62,218 nucleotides of DNA from an uncultured Verrucomicrobiales bacterium (GCA_964398555.1 CAYNNY010000001.1:4861-67078), one strand, 5' to 3'. Shown: positions 10,201 through 19,900, numbered from the stretch's first letter. Made by a program: numbers and translations. The notes: a model not told the origin generated them from the letters alone.

Positions 10201-11154
10201 AAGAGTGATCACGGGCTTGATATCAAAGATGGGTTCACGCGTGAATTCTCATTCCCTATGCGTGAATTTAAATCCTCGAATCTTCTGACCATCTACCCCA
10301 GCGAGTCATCTCAACGCGCCCCCGAGGTATCTCCCGCCAGTGGCTGTTTTATGAAGCCGATGAAGGTGACTATTCAATCGCCCCTTCCTGATCAGGAGAT
10401 CTTCTACGCCATTAAAAAAACCGGACAAGCCGCCGAACCCGTCTGGCACCGATACGGCAAACCTATCCTTCCCGAAGGACTCTATCCGGAAAAAAAGCCA
10501 AAGCTGACCTGGATCAAATACACCGCACCTATCGACATTGACCAAAGCACGACCCTCCTCGTCAAAGGCGTTTCAAGCACCGGGATACGTAAGCAGGTTG
10601 CGGAGGAATACACCTATGCGCTGCCCGAGCGGCCTGTCTTACAAGCAGAAAGCTTCAAGCCTGGGCTTAAGCGGATGATCGAGCCCATGATATACAGGAG
10701 ATACAGCGGAACTTATACAAATAATCGCCTGACCTATGCCTCGATCGAGGATCTAAAGAGCCAACGGCGCATTATCATCAAAAAACCGATCACCAACGAC
10801 ATCGTCACTTCTCTCTTACCTCCCGCGCCTATCACCGATCCCCGAATTGGCAAAGATGGGGTGCAGGTGGAGCTAAGCGGATTTCTTAATATCACCGAGC
10901 CGGGAGTTTATAAAATTTACTTCAGAGCGTATGCGGACGGTGATCTCTATCTCAACGGGAAACATTACATCAAAGGACGATACCGAGGGGAGCATACGAT
11001 GCCGTATTCCTTTAGCATCCCTTTGAAAAAAGGACTCGTCCCCATCAAACTTATCTACCGAGGCTCCCCCCAAACGAGCGTCGATCTGGAATGGGTCACT
11101 CCATCGGGACGGCGTAGCTTCATTCCATCATCCGTCCTCTTTCACAAAAATTAA
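7288..11154 (+). CDS. Heparinase II/III-like polysaccharide lyase with N-terminal CxxC...CxxC insert and C-terminal chitobiase/Fn3-associated and PA14-like domains
   Basis: RMPDGGLPIVNDS, NHGHYDTLTLQLFAFG, GHNTVVIDQ and YQRTL...YIVDIFQVKGG are typical of Hepar_II_III; IKYTAPIDIDQSTTL (CHB_HEX_C-like); LSGFLNITEPGVYKIY...LYLNG...LKKGLVPIKL (PA14-like); signal peptide. Confidence 0.75.
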   Translation: MTSQHILTWLSLLTIASSIAIPMATAASANVRDGFFQNPVLTHPLEKSEKHIKQLKSKTAYIMTLSDQEILRRMPVQTPRIHNACPSCRKGVRMRSKYWDYQEPAKSFGEVMKHNKVYDPKKPDQYVCPKCKEVYPNNPKYKQSHNKMMLNWAGEKIPVRYYQDPNGINYNNKGDDSPFPRNYYLDGVLDTERHDWIHNQMYNLALLYRLTGDPKAGHRALVILNAYADLWPRWLFIYEYGHIYGKLSPRNLEGAWAMTRAGRRAGDETKGPTHYLETVDLMINSKAYKDFEKSLGVDLNEKLWDNVIGIVSNRQKKTMRYKEIRMFEFGQGCPTLYLELARVFNRPRLIRDTTIKALPYTPRNVMCIDGGFAQGPGYQQIHLLAMQRMNLANGYSDPKGFKLNPGEKPIKNYRYPLGASENYWMKAYQFLARIRMPDGGLPIVNDSEHAAYLSFIPGTLIPISQSRDFIAHGLKYAILGDGDEDEQFQLHLNYSENKSNHGHYDTLTLQLFAFGHYLMDDSSYSRNALRSFGTGTSGHNTVVIDQINQGGRKAPYNEGSPKLFDGRAPGIKVISVDAARCYAEQGVKKYQRTLLMNTYEPTRPYIVDIFQVKGGKTRDYMLHSSYQAESTGNVSYALTKMPGLNPLKTDNVKDGYQFMYDVSEGSAEKDGMLDYTVKAPWKGKKELKKRPSLSPFKYNADSFPDNPPVGTRHHILGMPGQKAYFFGTPNIYRALSQNRTGSKFEEWDRIPHFMLRQQPENPEKETTFIVVHEPWLKNPKIKSVKKIPSGSSQLLALEVRYEDRVDTLFFSLTGNEESGKANGVTFSGRVGVYSINKEGKSESYLLGGTRLEARKAKLSSNVDKVEGTIIRSFRKWNGDKMDAFSVRYSGKMPHLDSLKGAFAVVHNTGEITNLEKENFENYGMLPRFYPDMKRAMLKSPEKLAFLRKAGGGWGFVIDHVEKRGNILAVYTKSDHGLDIKDGFTREFSFPMREFKSSNLLTIYPSESSQRAPEVSPASGCFMKPMKVTIQSPLPDQEIFYAIKKTGQAAEPVWHRYGKPILPEGLYPEKKPKLTWIKYTAPIDIDQSTTLLVKGVSSTGIRKQVAEEYTYALPERPVLQAESFKPGLKRMIEPMIYRRYSGTYTNNRLTYASIEDLKSQRRIIIKKPITNDIVTSLLPPAPITDPRIGKDGVQVELSGFLNITEPGVYKIYFRAYADGDLYLNGKHYIKGRYRGEHTMPYSFSIPLKKGLVPIKLIYRGSPQTSVDLEWVTPSGRRSFIPSSVLFHKN

Positions 11155-11266
11155 CATCTATTATTTGCGAATTCTAAAACATGCGCTAAGACTCTCGCTG
11201 TAAACGCCTCCATCAACTTTAATTTTACTGTGAACTCTTAAAAAGAGCTTCATCCAATCAAAATCC

Positions 11267-14200
11267 ATGTGGAAAAATAAAAACCGTGTCAATGTGACAC
11301 GGATTTTCTTGGCATCCGTCGTCCTCATATCTTGGGGGGAGCTTCGGGCAGCACCGGTGGCTGGCTCGGACTTCTCCACTTCTGCGGTATTTAATGGTGG
11401 CAGTGGCTCCGCAGACCTCGATGCTGTCAATACGGATGACCTTAACGCAAGTGATGGAATATCCGTCAGCCCTTGGGCATTCAATGGCGGAGGGGCTTTT
11501 CGCTCTTGGAGTGATGGAGCTCAGATTGGTATGCCTCAAACGGTTGTTATCAAATTGGATGGCGATGGTAATCCTCGTCCGTTGGTGGGAACACTTCCGG
11601 CGGGTCTTAATGAGTTTAGTTTTTCGATCACGATTCCGGCAGGAAAAACCCTGAATCTCAGCTCGGTGACTTGGAGTTGGCGCAAATCGACAACCTCAAC
11701 TGATACCCGGTGGTTGGCATTCCGCACGAGTCTGGACGAGCAGATCATTTTTAGCAAACTAGGCCAACCACGTAATGGAGTGGATAACGAGACCGTTGCG
11801 CTCTCGGCACCAAAATACCAAAACCTCACCGATCAAATCGTCACTTTTTACTGGTATGCTGGCGGTGAGGGAACCGGAGATATTGATATCGATACGATTA
11901 TCGTCAATGGTGACATGGCCAATGAAGCTTCCTCTGTGGTAATCAGCGAGTTCATGGCAAAAAATGACGCTGGCTTGAGTAACAACCCCAATAATTGGTA
12001 TCCCATCGCGAACCAAATCCCAGGAACCTCTGAGGACTGGATAGAGCTCAGCAATGAAACCGGTGAAAGTGTGGATCTTTCCGGGTGGGCACTTACCGAT
12101 GATGCCGGGGATTTGAGCAAATGGATATTTCCAACGGGAACAAGCATCGCGTCAGGTGCTTATTTAATCGTGTATGCCTCTGGCGATAATGCTCCGGATG
12201 CCAATGGGAATCTACACACTAATTTTAAGCTTTCAGGCGGTGGTGAGTATCTCGCCCTTGTCGATCCATCACAAATAGTCATCAGCGCCTATGGTCCTAA
12301 TGGAACTGATTACCCGGCGCAAAATAATGATATTTCGTATGGACTGAATCCGGTTAATGGCACTTCGGTATTTTTCAACGCCCCTACCCCTGGGTCAACC
12401 AATGATTCCAGCGGTATTGCCCGGGTGGAAAAAATGGTATTTTCACCTAGTCGCGGTTATTATCAAACGGCGATGAACGTGACGCTGGCAAACGGAACGG
12501 CCGGGGTGACGACGTATTACACGACCGACGGCATGCCGCCTGTTGATGCCATTGGCGCGCCCACTCCCACGGCCCAAGTTTACAGCGGCCCCATTTCTCT
12601 TTCCAAGACAACAGCTATCCGAGCGGTTTCGGTGATGGCGGGGCTTACGGCTTCGGAAATAGAAACTCATACGTATTTCCTTTTTGATATCGATGGTGCA
12701 GCAGCCAATGGCACGGATGCGGGTGGATTAAATATTTCGTTTCTACAGCAAACCCAGCCTGCCGGTTGGGGAGATCTTACATCGGGAGATTTTAATATGG
12801 ATACCTCCATTTCTCAACTGACTTCAGATGCCTCCGGCCACACCACCTCCACAGCGCAGACGATGCTTAGTGGACTAAGGGACATCCCTACAATTTCCAT
12901 CGTCATGGATCGCGATGAATTCAGTGGGAATAATGGTATTTATACAAATTCAGAGATAGATGATCTAGAGTATGGGTGCTCTGCGGAGTTTATCCCCGCT
13001 CTCGGTGACTCCCGTGATAAGTGGCAGATCAATTGTGGAATCAAGGTGCAGGGAGGTGCTAGTCGCACCCCAGCAAATAGCCCGAAACACTCACTCAATT
13101 TTCGTTTTCGAACTGAGTATGGTGCCAGTAAGTTACGTGAACCTATTTTCCCAGATTCGGAAGTTAAGGAGTTTAACTCCATCTCTCTCCGTGCAGGGTA
13201 TAATAACTCATGGATACATAGAACTTCTTCGCAAAGAGCCCGAGCCTCGATGATCCGTGACCAGTGGGTGCGCCAATCCATGCTCGATATGGGAAACCCT
13301 TCGGCGGGGCATGGCTTTATGGTGCATGTCTTTATTAATGGTCTCTACTGGGGGGTTCACAATTTGACGGAACGTCCTGAGGCTTCTCATTACGCGGCCT
13401 ACAATGGAGGTGATGAAGATGTATTAGATGCGCGCAATGGAAGTTCACTGGTGGACGGAAATTTTACAGCATGGAATGCCATCGAGGGCGTAGTGAATGA
13501 TGGCGATTGGGAAAAAATTCAGGATGTGATCGATATCGATCAATACATTGACTACCAAATCATCAACCGCTATGGCGCCAATCAAGACCTCAAAGTGACA
13601 GGAAATTGGCGCAGTGCCGGTGGTGGACCATTCCCCAATGGACAGCCTGAAATGATGGCTCCATGGCAGCTTTTCTCCTGGGATGCAGAACGGACGCTTG
13701 AAAGTCAGTCTTCCAGCTCCACTCCGATTGATCCCATGGGCGTTCGGGGCACTCTGGAGAATCATGCCGAATACAAAATTCGCTTTGCGGATCGACTCCA
13801 AAAGCACTTTTTAAACCAAGGAGCACTCACAGCAGAATCAACGAAAGCCCGGTGGAAAAAATTGGCCGATTTATTGGATCGGGCAATTATTGCCGAGTCG
13901 GCCCGTTGGGGGGACGATCGCCGGACGCCAGCTTACACCCGAGACGCTGAGTGGCTGACAGAGCAAAACCGCCTTTACAATTCCTACTTCCCCTCGCGGA
14001 GTGCTACTGTATTCAATAACTATGGCAACCTGTTTCCTAACACAGACACCCCAGTCTTCCTCGTCAATGCCACCCCGCAACACGGAGGTGACATTTCCAA
14101 TGGCGAAACCTTGAGTGCCACAGCGAATTCAGGCAGTATTTATTACACCACAGACGGAAGTGACCCTCGGCTTGATGGCGGCAGCATCAACCCCACAGCC

Positions 14201-16387
14201 ATATTTGTTAGCTCCGGATCAACCCTCAGCCTGTCTGGAAGCGGCCTTATCCGTATGCGTGCAAAAAATGGTGGTGAGTGGTCAGCCATTGAGGAAGCTA
14301 CGTTTTACCTTGAGACCCTGGCCCAATCAGGTGACCTCGCCATCACGGAACTGCACTACAGACCCTACCGCGTAGATGCCACCGAACAAGCCGCTGGCTC
14401 CACCCTTCCCGCTCCACGTGTTTTCGAGCGAGATGATTTTGAGTTTATTGAAGTCCGGAACATTTCCGCTTCCGCAGTTAATCTCGACGGCACCTCCTTT
14501 ACAGACGGTATTTCTTACACCTTTGGAGTTATGACCCTGCCACCCAATGGTTTCGTAGTATTAGCTAAAGACACCCAAGCGTTTGCACTGCGCTATCCAT
14601 CCGTGAATCATGTGGGCGACTATAGCGGAAAACTTAGCGACGGTGGAGAAACCATCAAACTCGTAGATGCCTCTGGAAATGTGATGCATCACTTTATCTA
14701 TGACGACTCGGGAGCATGGCCGGGGCGTGCCGATGGCCATGGCTCGTCACTTGAACTCACCGATACCGCTAGTAGTGCCAATAACTACAGCGACCCCAAC
14801 AGCTGGCGATCCAGCTGCGAGTTTAACGGCTCACCGAATGTGCTGGGTGTAGGTTTTGATGGACGAATCGTAATCAATGAGGTGATGTCCCATACGGACC
14901 TGCCTAGTAAAGACACCATCGAACTCCATAACACCACAGGAAATACCGTTAATTTAGCCAACTGGATTTTAAGCGACGACAACGGGAGCTACACTTCCTT
15001 CTCGATCCCCAATATCCAGATTCCCGCTGGAGGATATGTCATTTTTGATGAAGATGATTTTAACATCACACCAACGCAACCTGTGGGTTCTTACTCCGGA
15101 ACCATTGCCACATCCCCAACGACCGTGAATGTATCCAATCACGGACGAACCACCGGTGACACCGTAACGATCAAAGGATACGGAGGTATCTCCACTTACA
15201 ATGACACATTCCAAGTCACTGTAATCGATGCTAACAACTTCACTATCAACACCCCGTTTTACGACAACCACTCAACAAAAGGGCAATGGATATCAGGCAG
15301 ACCCTTTGCCCTTAGTGCAGCGCACGGCGATGATTTGTGGTTGCTTGAAACCGATAACTCAGGTCGACCCGTTCAATTTGTTGATCACGTTGATTTTGCC
15401 GCCTCTTTCAATGGCGAGGCACTGGGAAGGTGGCCAAATGCGACAGGGTCACGCACATTGGTGAGTATGAGCCAAAACACCTTAGGATCTGAAAACCTCG
15501 GTGCGCAGGTAGGACCCGTTGTTATTTCGGAAGTAATGTATCATCCAAACACAACAACCGAAAACAACCTCGAGTATATTGAAATATGCAACCATGGCTC
15601 TGTTACTGAGAATCTCGATCATTGGCGTATGCGTGGTGGCGCAGATTTTGACTTTACAGCTTCGCACAGTCTGAATGCAGGAGCCACCCTGGTTCTTGTC
15701 GCCTTCGACCCTGAGCTTGATCCAGGTGCCACGTCCACATTCCGGAGTGTTTACAGCATTGACTCCAGCATTCCTCTGATAGGCCCCTTTACTGATGGAC
15801 CACTAGGCAATGATACCGGCACGGTGCGCCTGCAACGTCCAGACTCCCCCCCCTCGAACGAACCAGATTTTTACCCTCAGGTAACGGAAGACGAAGTGAT
15901 TTATTATAGCACCGCCCCCTGGCCTCTGGAGGCTGGAGGAGCCGGAGCGTCGCTCAATCGCCTTGACCTCGCCCTCTTTGGCAACTTTGCTTCGAGTTGG
16001 TCAGCTCAAAGTCCCACACCTGGAGGCAAACGAAATAACTACACCGACTGGACTACAGCCTGGGGTGTAGGTGATGAAACGCAGGATTTTGAAGGTGATA
16101 GCATCCAAAACATCCTTGAGTTTGCCCTTGATCTGAATCCGAGAGTTTCAGATGCGAATCTGCTTCCCCTACCGGTAATGGAAGGTGATTATCTTACGTT
16201 GTCTTACCCTAAAAATATACTTCTTGATGGCATCACCTACAAAGTCCAATACTCCACAGACCTTCAAACGTGGTTACCAGTGAGCGATACTTTGATGTCT
16301 CGATCCAACTTCACGGAAGTCAGAAAAGCCAGCGTGCCATTATCTGCGAACAGCCGAATTTTCATGCGCTTGAGAATCGATTATTAA
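11267..16387 (+). CDS. Large secreted lamin-tail-domain (LTD) / CotH-kinase-family protein
   Basis: Four LTD-like starts (VVISEFMA..DWIEL, LAITELHY..EFIEV, IVINEVMS..DTIEL, VVISEVMY..EYIEI); two YYTTDG-x-P chitobiase-C-like modules; CotH-like core GIKVQGGASR...KHSLNFRFR...FINGLYWGVHNLTE...NQD...WQLFSWDAE...ESARWGD; C-terminal D-x-E-G-D...STDLQTW...FMRL domain. Confidence 0.85.
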   Translation: MWKNKNRVNVTRIFLASVVLISWGELRAAPVAGSDFSTSAVFNGGSGSADLDAVNTDDLNASDGISVSPWAFNGGGAFRSWSDGAQIGMPQTVVIKLDGDGNPRPLVGTLPAGLNEFSFSITIPAGKTLNLSSVTWSWRKSTTSTDTRWLAFRTSLDEQIIFSKLGQPRNGVDNETVALSAPKYQNLTDQIVTFYWYAGGEGTGDIDIDTIIVNGDMANEASSVVISEFMAKNDAGLSNNPNNWYPIANQIPGTSEDWIELSNETGESVDLSGWALTDDAGDLSKWIFPTGTSIASGAYLIVYASGDNAPDANGNLHTNFKLSGGGEYLALVDPSQIVISAYGPNGTDYPAQNNDISYGLNPVNGTSVFFNAPTPGSTNDSSGIARVEKMVFSPSRGYYQTAMNVTLANGTAGVTTYYTTDGMPPVDAIGAPTPTAQVYSGPISLSKTTAIRAVSVMAGLTASEIETHTYFLFDIDGAAANGTDAGGLNISFLQQTQPAGWGDLTSGDFNMDTSISQLTSDASGHTTSTAQTMLSGLRDIPTISIVMDRDEFSGNNGIYTNSEIDDLEYGCSAEFIPALGDSRDKWQINCGIKVQGGASRTPANSPKHSLNFRFRTEYGASKLREPIFPDSEVKEFNSISLRAGYNNSWIHRTSSQRARASMIRDQWVRQSMLDMGNPSAGHGFMVHVFINGLYWGVHNLTERPEASHYAAYNGGDEDVLDARNGSSLVDGNFTAWNAIEGVVNDGDWEKIQDVIDIDQYIDYQIINRYGANQDLKVTGNWRSAGGGPFPNGQPEMMAPWQLFSWDAERTLESQSSSSTPIDPMGVRGTLENHAEYKIRFADRLQKHFLNQGALTAESTKARWKKLADLLDRAIIAESARWGDDRRTPAYTRDAEWLTEQNRLYNSYFPSRSATVFNNYGNLFPNTDTPVFLVNATPQHGGDISNGETLSATANSGSIYYTTDGSDPRLDGGSINPTAIFVSSGSTLSLSGSGLIRMRAKNGGEWSAIEEATFYLETLAQSGDLAITELHYRPYRVDATEQAAGSTLPAPRVFERDDFEFIEVRNISASAVNLDGTSFTDGISYTFGVMTLPPNGFVVLAKDTQAFALRYPSVNHVGDYSGKLSDGGETIKLVDASGNVMHHFIYDDSGAWPGRADGHGSSLELTDTASSANNYSDPNSWRSSCEFNGSPNVLGVGFDGRIVINEVMSHTDLPSKDTIELHNTTGNTVNLANWILSDDNGSYTSFSIPNIQIPAGGYVIFDEDDFNITPTQPVGSYSGTIATSPTTVNVSNHGRTTGDTVTIKGYGGISTYNDTFQVTVIDANNFTINTPFYDNHSTKGQWISGRPFALSAAHGDDLWLLETDNSGRPVQFVDHVDFAASFNGEALGRWPNATGSRTLVSMSQNTLGSENLGAQVGPVVISEVMYHPNTTTENNLEYIEICNHGSVTENLDHWRMRGGADFDFTASHSLNAGATLVLVAFDPELDPGATSTFRSVYSIDSSIPLIGPFTDGPLGNDTGTVRLQRPDSPPSNEPDFYPQVTEDEVIYYSTAPWPLEAGGAGASLNRLDLALFGNFASSWSAQSPTPGGKRNNYTDWTTAWGVGDETQDFEGDSIQNILEFALDLNPRVSDANLLPLPVMEGDYLTLSYPKNILLDGITYKVQYSTDLQTWLPVSDTLMSRSNFTEVRKASVPLSANSRIFMRLRIDY

Positions 16388-16415
16388 ATAGGATGCGCAT
16401 GGTGTCAGCTCACAT

Positions 16416-16443
16416 CAAAAGCGGTGATGCCTCACCGCACTCC
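16416..16443 (-). repeat. REP-like palindromic element (GGAG foot), copy 1, between convergent genes
   Basis: Minus strand GGAGT-GCGGTGA-GGCA-TCACCGC-TTTTG; homologous to 44111-44137. Confidence 0.75.
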
Positions 16444-16496
16444 TAAAAAGATGTGCGCAAGGTGATATATCTAAACAATAGCACTCTTGAAAAATG

Positions 16497-17972
16497 CTAT
16501 TTCTTCTTTTTTCTAGATGGCCCAGGCTTCGTGCGGGTGTTTTTCCATGCTTGTTCGAGGCGTTGGACAACTTCGGGGTTCTGACTGGCGACGTTGTGTT
16601 TTTCGTTGCGGTCGGTCTCGAGGTTAAAGAGCTCCCATGGTTTCTTTTTATGACGTAGGATTTTCCACTTTCCGATGTGGATGGCGGTGATTCCTCCGTA
16701 TCCGTAGAACTCCCAGATCATCGGTTCGGTGCGCTTGGGTAGTGGATTTTTTCCGGTGAACAGCCCCGTTAAATCAACACCATCATCAAGATCCTCCGGC
16801 ATTTTTCCGCCAGCGATATCGCAGAGTGTAGGAAACCAATCGGGGAAATAGGTAGCCGCATCAGAGACACTCCCTGGCTTTACCTTACCGGGCCAGCGGA
16901 TGATGCAGGGCACACGGATTCCACCTTCGTACGCACTTCCCTTCTTGCCACGAAGCCCTGCCATGGAGTCGAAAAACTCGGTATTCACGCCACCGACATT
17001 GTGGGTGGGGCCGTTGTCGGAGGTGAAGATGACGATGGTGTTTTTCTCCAAGCCGTGCTTTTTGAGTCGGTCTAGAATTTCACGCACATGGTCGTCTAGG
17101 TGGGTAATCAGTCCGGCATAGGCGGCATTGGGCCGAGGGTGAGGAACGTAGCCGTATCCCACAGCATTGCGGTAGGGTTTTGTGTCCCACGATTTGGGAT
17201 ACATATCGGTCCATTTTTGAGGGGTTTGCAATGACACATGGGGTTCAACAAAGGGAAGGTAGAGAAAAAATGGTTTGTCTTTGTTTTTGTCGATAAATTT
17301 CAGAGCCTCCGCCATGATGAGGTCGGGCGCGTAGTTTTGAGCTCTATAATCTTCGGCCTTGATTTCGCCCTTTGGTTTACGCTGATGACCGTAGATCCAG
17401 GGGTCGTTGATCTGCACCTGTTTGTCGTCATCTTCCAAATAAGGTGGGTAATAGCTATGGGCATTTTCCTGGCAATTGTATCCGTAAAACCGATCGAACC
17501 CCTGTTTATTCGGGGCACCCGTCGAGTTGTTGGGACCCAGCCCCCATTTACCAAATCCACCGGTGACATAACCTGCCTTTTTCAGCACCTCGGCAATCGT
17601 AACAGCCTGAGCCGAGATCGGTTTTTGTCCGGAAAAAATCCCCTTGGATGGATTTCTCTTATTCCCTGAGTTTCCATTATTACGGATTTCAGCGTGTGCT
17701 AGGTTTTTGCCGGTGAGCAAAACACAGCGGGACGGCGCACAGACCGGGGCTCCGCAGTAATGCTGGGTAAGTTTCATTCCCTCGCGAGCAAGTTGATCAA
17801 TCGTGGGGGTTTTGATTTTTTTCTGTCCGTAACATCCTACCTCGCCGTAGCCCAGATCATCAGCCAGCATAAACACGATGTTAGGTTTAGTTGCGGATGC
17901 TCCCCTGGCTTGGGTTGGCATAATCAAGGCGGCACTTAAAAGCACGCCGGATACTAATGTTTTACAATTCAT
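16497..17972 (-). CDS. Arylsulfatase, formylglycine-dependent family S1 (Cys-type)
   Basis: KPNIVFMLADDLG, CAPSRCVLLTG (CxPxR), GKWGLG, FTSDNG, LRGKKGSAYEGGIRVP, WELFNL..D..E; signal peptide. Confidence 0.95.
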   Translation of the reverse strand: MNCKTLVSGVLLSAALIMPTQARGASATKPNIVFMLADDLGYGEVGCYGQKKIKTPTIDQLAREGMKLTQHYCGAPVCAPSRCVLLTGKNLAHAEIRNNGNSGNKRNPSKGIFSGQKPISAQAVTIAEVLKKAGYVTGGFGKWGLGPNNSTGAPNKQGFDRFYGYNCQENAHSYYPPYLEDDDKQVQINDPWIYGHQRKPKGEIKAEDYRAQNYAPDLIMAEALKFIDKNKDKPFFLYLPFVEPHVSLQTPQKWTDMYPKSWDTKPYRNAVGYGYVPHPRPNAAYAGLITHLDDHVREILDRLKKHGLEKNTIVIFTSDNGPTHNVGGVNTEFFDSMAGLRGKKGSAYEGGIRVPCIIRWPGKVKPGSVSDAATYFPDWFPTLCDIAGGKMPEDLDDGVDLTGLFTGKNPLPKRTEPMIWEFYGYGGITAIHIGKWKILRHKKKPWELFNLETDRNEKHNVASQNPEVVQRLEQAWKNTRTKPGPSRKKKK

Positions 17973-17982
17973 GATTTTTTCT

Positions 17983-19824
17983 TTATTTTGTTGTTACCTT
18001 GAGGATTTTTTGCTTTTTGCCATCCAATGACTCTACTCCACGCAGAGTGATTTGGTGAGTCCCCTCACCTATTTTGATTGTGTAGATTCCTGATTTAAAC
18101 ACCTTCGGGCGGAATGTGTTGCCTTTGATACGGAGGGTGTAAACGACTTCTTGGCTTTGTTCGTCAATGACCTGCACCACGGGATCGGCTGGGCCTTTGA
18201 TTTGTAATGTAGGTAAGTAGGAATGAGCTTTGCGCCCATAGTTTTGGGTTTGTTTGATGGTGATTGGCCAGCCTGGGTATTGTTTGGCATCAGGCTGAGT
18301 GATGTCGCCGCCTCGGGGCCAGCACTCCATGGTGATGGTTCTTTCTTTTTTATTAAAGCGGATCACGCCATATCCGGCGGCTCTTTTCACATACTTGGAG
18401 GATGTGATTTTGTTGTTTTCATAGGGGTTCGCATAGGCGTACATGCTGATTTTATTTTGCATGGGATCGAGGTAGTCTCCGGTGTGTTTCAAGGGGGTTT
18501 CGATGCGGCGGAATGGTTTTTCTAGTGGGGACCACAGGCGGTTGTGGTAGTTGATGATTGAGGGCACACAGAAGGAGAATCCAGCATCGCCAAAGTCATC
18601 TACACCATGCTGCAGGACGGTTGCGAGGTGCTGGTCACCACCGATCATCAATGCGTAGCCTTTTCGGATTTCACGTAGCGCGTTGTTCCGTCCGGCCTGC
18701 GGCCATCCGTTAGAGTCTAGGTCGCCATAGAGGCGGACTTGATTACTGGCGTCCAGATGGGCGGCATTGGCGAAGATAGTTTGGGAGAGCACACATTTCA
18801 TATCGGTGTCTTTCCAGTCCGCGCTCCATGCGCGGAGGAACTTGAGCTGGCGGTCGCCTAGCAGGATGGCTCCTTTGACATCGAGCTTCCGGGTGTCAAA
18901 CTTGGGATCGGTGACGTGATCGACCCGTTTAAAGGATTTGGGGACTAAGTCCCTGGGGCCGCTTTTAAACTTACGGTCTTCGATGATGGCAAAGTCTATA
19001 CCACCGATATTGAGTGAGGTGTAATAAACGCCGATATTCTGAAGAACGGGGGTAGGGTCATAGGGATCTGGGAGGTTTGATGTCTGCGCCCACTCGACTT
19101 CTTGCACGTATTGAGGGGACCAATTATACCCGCCATCATTGCTGTATTTTTCATGGGATTTTTTGCCCCCTGCTCCCCATACATTACTCTGACCGACATC
19201 GTGGTCATCGGGGATGGAGACGGTGGGGCAGTTCCGCATGATCTCGCCAAACTGCTCGCCAAAGTCAATCCAGCTCTTGAGGTGATTGGAGTGGTTGTAA
19301 ACTTGATCACCTGAGAAAAAGAGCAGATCGGGATCGATGGCTTTGACATTTTTAATGATGTCCGCGCGTGGACTCAGATCTCGATTAGAATTTCCGGTAA
19401 AGGCGACGATCGTGATTTCATTTTTGTCCACGGGGTCTTTTTTGATAAGACCTGTGTATTGGGCTACGCCATCGAGCGCTTTGACTCGGTATGAGTAGGT
19501 TTTGCTGGTATCCCAGTGTTCGACTCGGAAATGCGCCGTCCAGCTCTTAGCTCCTTTCGGACGAGTGTAGGGCTTTTCCCTCACCTTACAGGCGCCTACC
19601 TGTTTCCATTGACCCTTGATTTTTATTTCTAGATAAACGTCGCGGCTGTCCTTAGCGGCTAATGGATAGAGCTGCACGGTCATTTTCAGACGCTGGTCTT
19701 GGACGGTGTAGAGGGCAAAACAAATTTTCTTTTCCGGAGGTTGATTTTTAATTTTCTTAGCTGCGTAAGTGGTGCCTATTGACAGGATAAGGATGAGGAA
19801 TGGGATGAATCGTAGTCGTTTCAT
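17983..19824 (-). CDS. PhoD-like (alkaline phosphatase D superfamily) metallophosphoesterase
   Basis: PDLLFFSGDQVY, PDDHDVGQ, LLGDRQLKFL, DLDSNGWP, GGDQHL. Start moved from 19938 to ATG 19824 (MKRLRFIPFLILILSIGTTYA signal peptide), which removes the overlap with the upstream gene. Confidence 0.8.
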   Translation of the reverse strand: MKRLRFIPFLILILSIGTTYAAKKIKNQPPEKKICFALYTVQDQRLKMTVQLYPLAAKDSRDVYLEIKIKGQWKQVGACKVREKPYTRPKGAKSWTAHFRVEHWDTSKTYSYRVKALDGVAQYTGLIKKDPVDKNEITIVAFTGNSNRDLSPRADIIKNVKAIDPDLLFFSGDQVYNHSNHLKSWIDFGEQFGEIMRNCPTVSIPDDHDVGQSNVWGAGGKKSHEKYSNDGGYNWSPQYVQEVEWAQTSNLPDPYDPTPVLQNIGVYYTSLNIGGIDFAIIEDRKFKSGPRDLVPKSFKRVDHVTDPKFDTRKLDVKGAILLGDRQLKFLRAWSADWKDTDMKCVLSQTIFANAAHLDASNQVRLYGDLDSNGWPQAGRNNALREIRKGYALMIGGDQHLATVLQHGVDDFGDAGFSFCVPSIINYHNRLWSPLEKPFRRIETPLKHTGDYLDPMQNKISMYAYANPYENNKITSSKYVKRAAGYGVIRFNKKERTITMECWPRGGDITQPDAKQYPGWPITIKQTQNYGRKAHSYLPTLQIKGPADPVVQVIDEQSQEVVYTLRIKGNTFRPKVFKSGIYTIKIGEGTHQITLRGVESLDGKKQKILKVTTK

Positions 19825-19900
19825 GATAAGAATCAATGATCGGTTAAGATAGATTGCGTTGTTCCAGAATATGGAAGCCAATCGAAAGAAGTGAAATATA

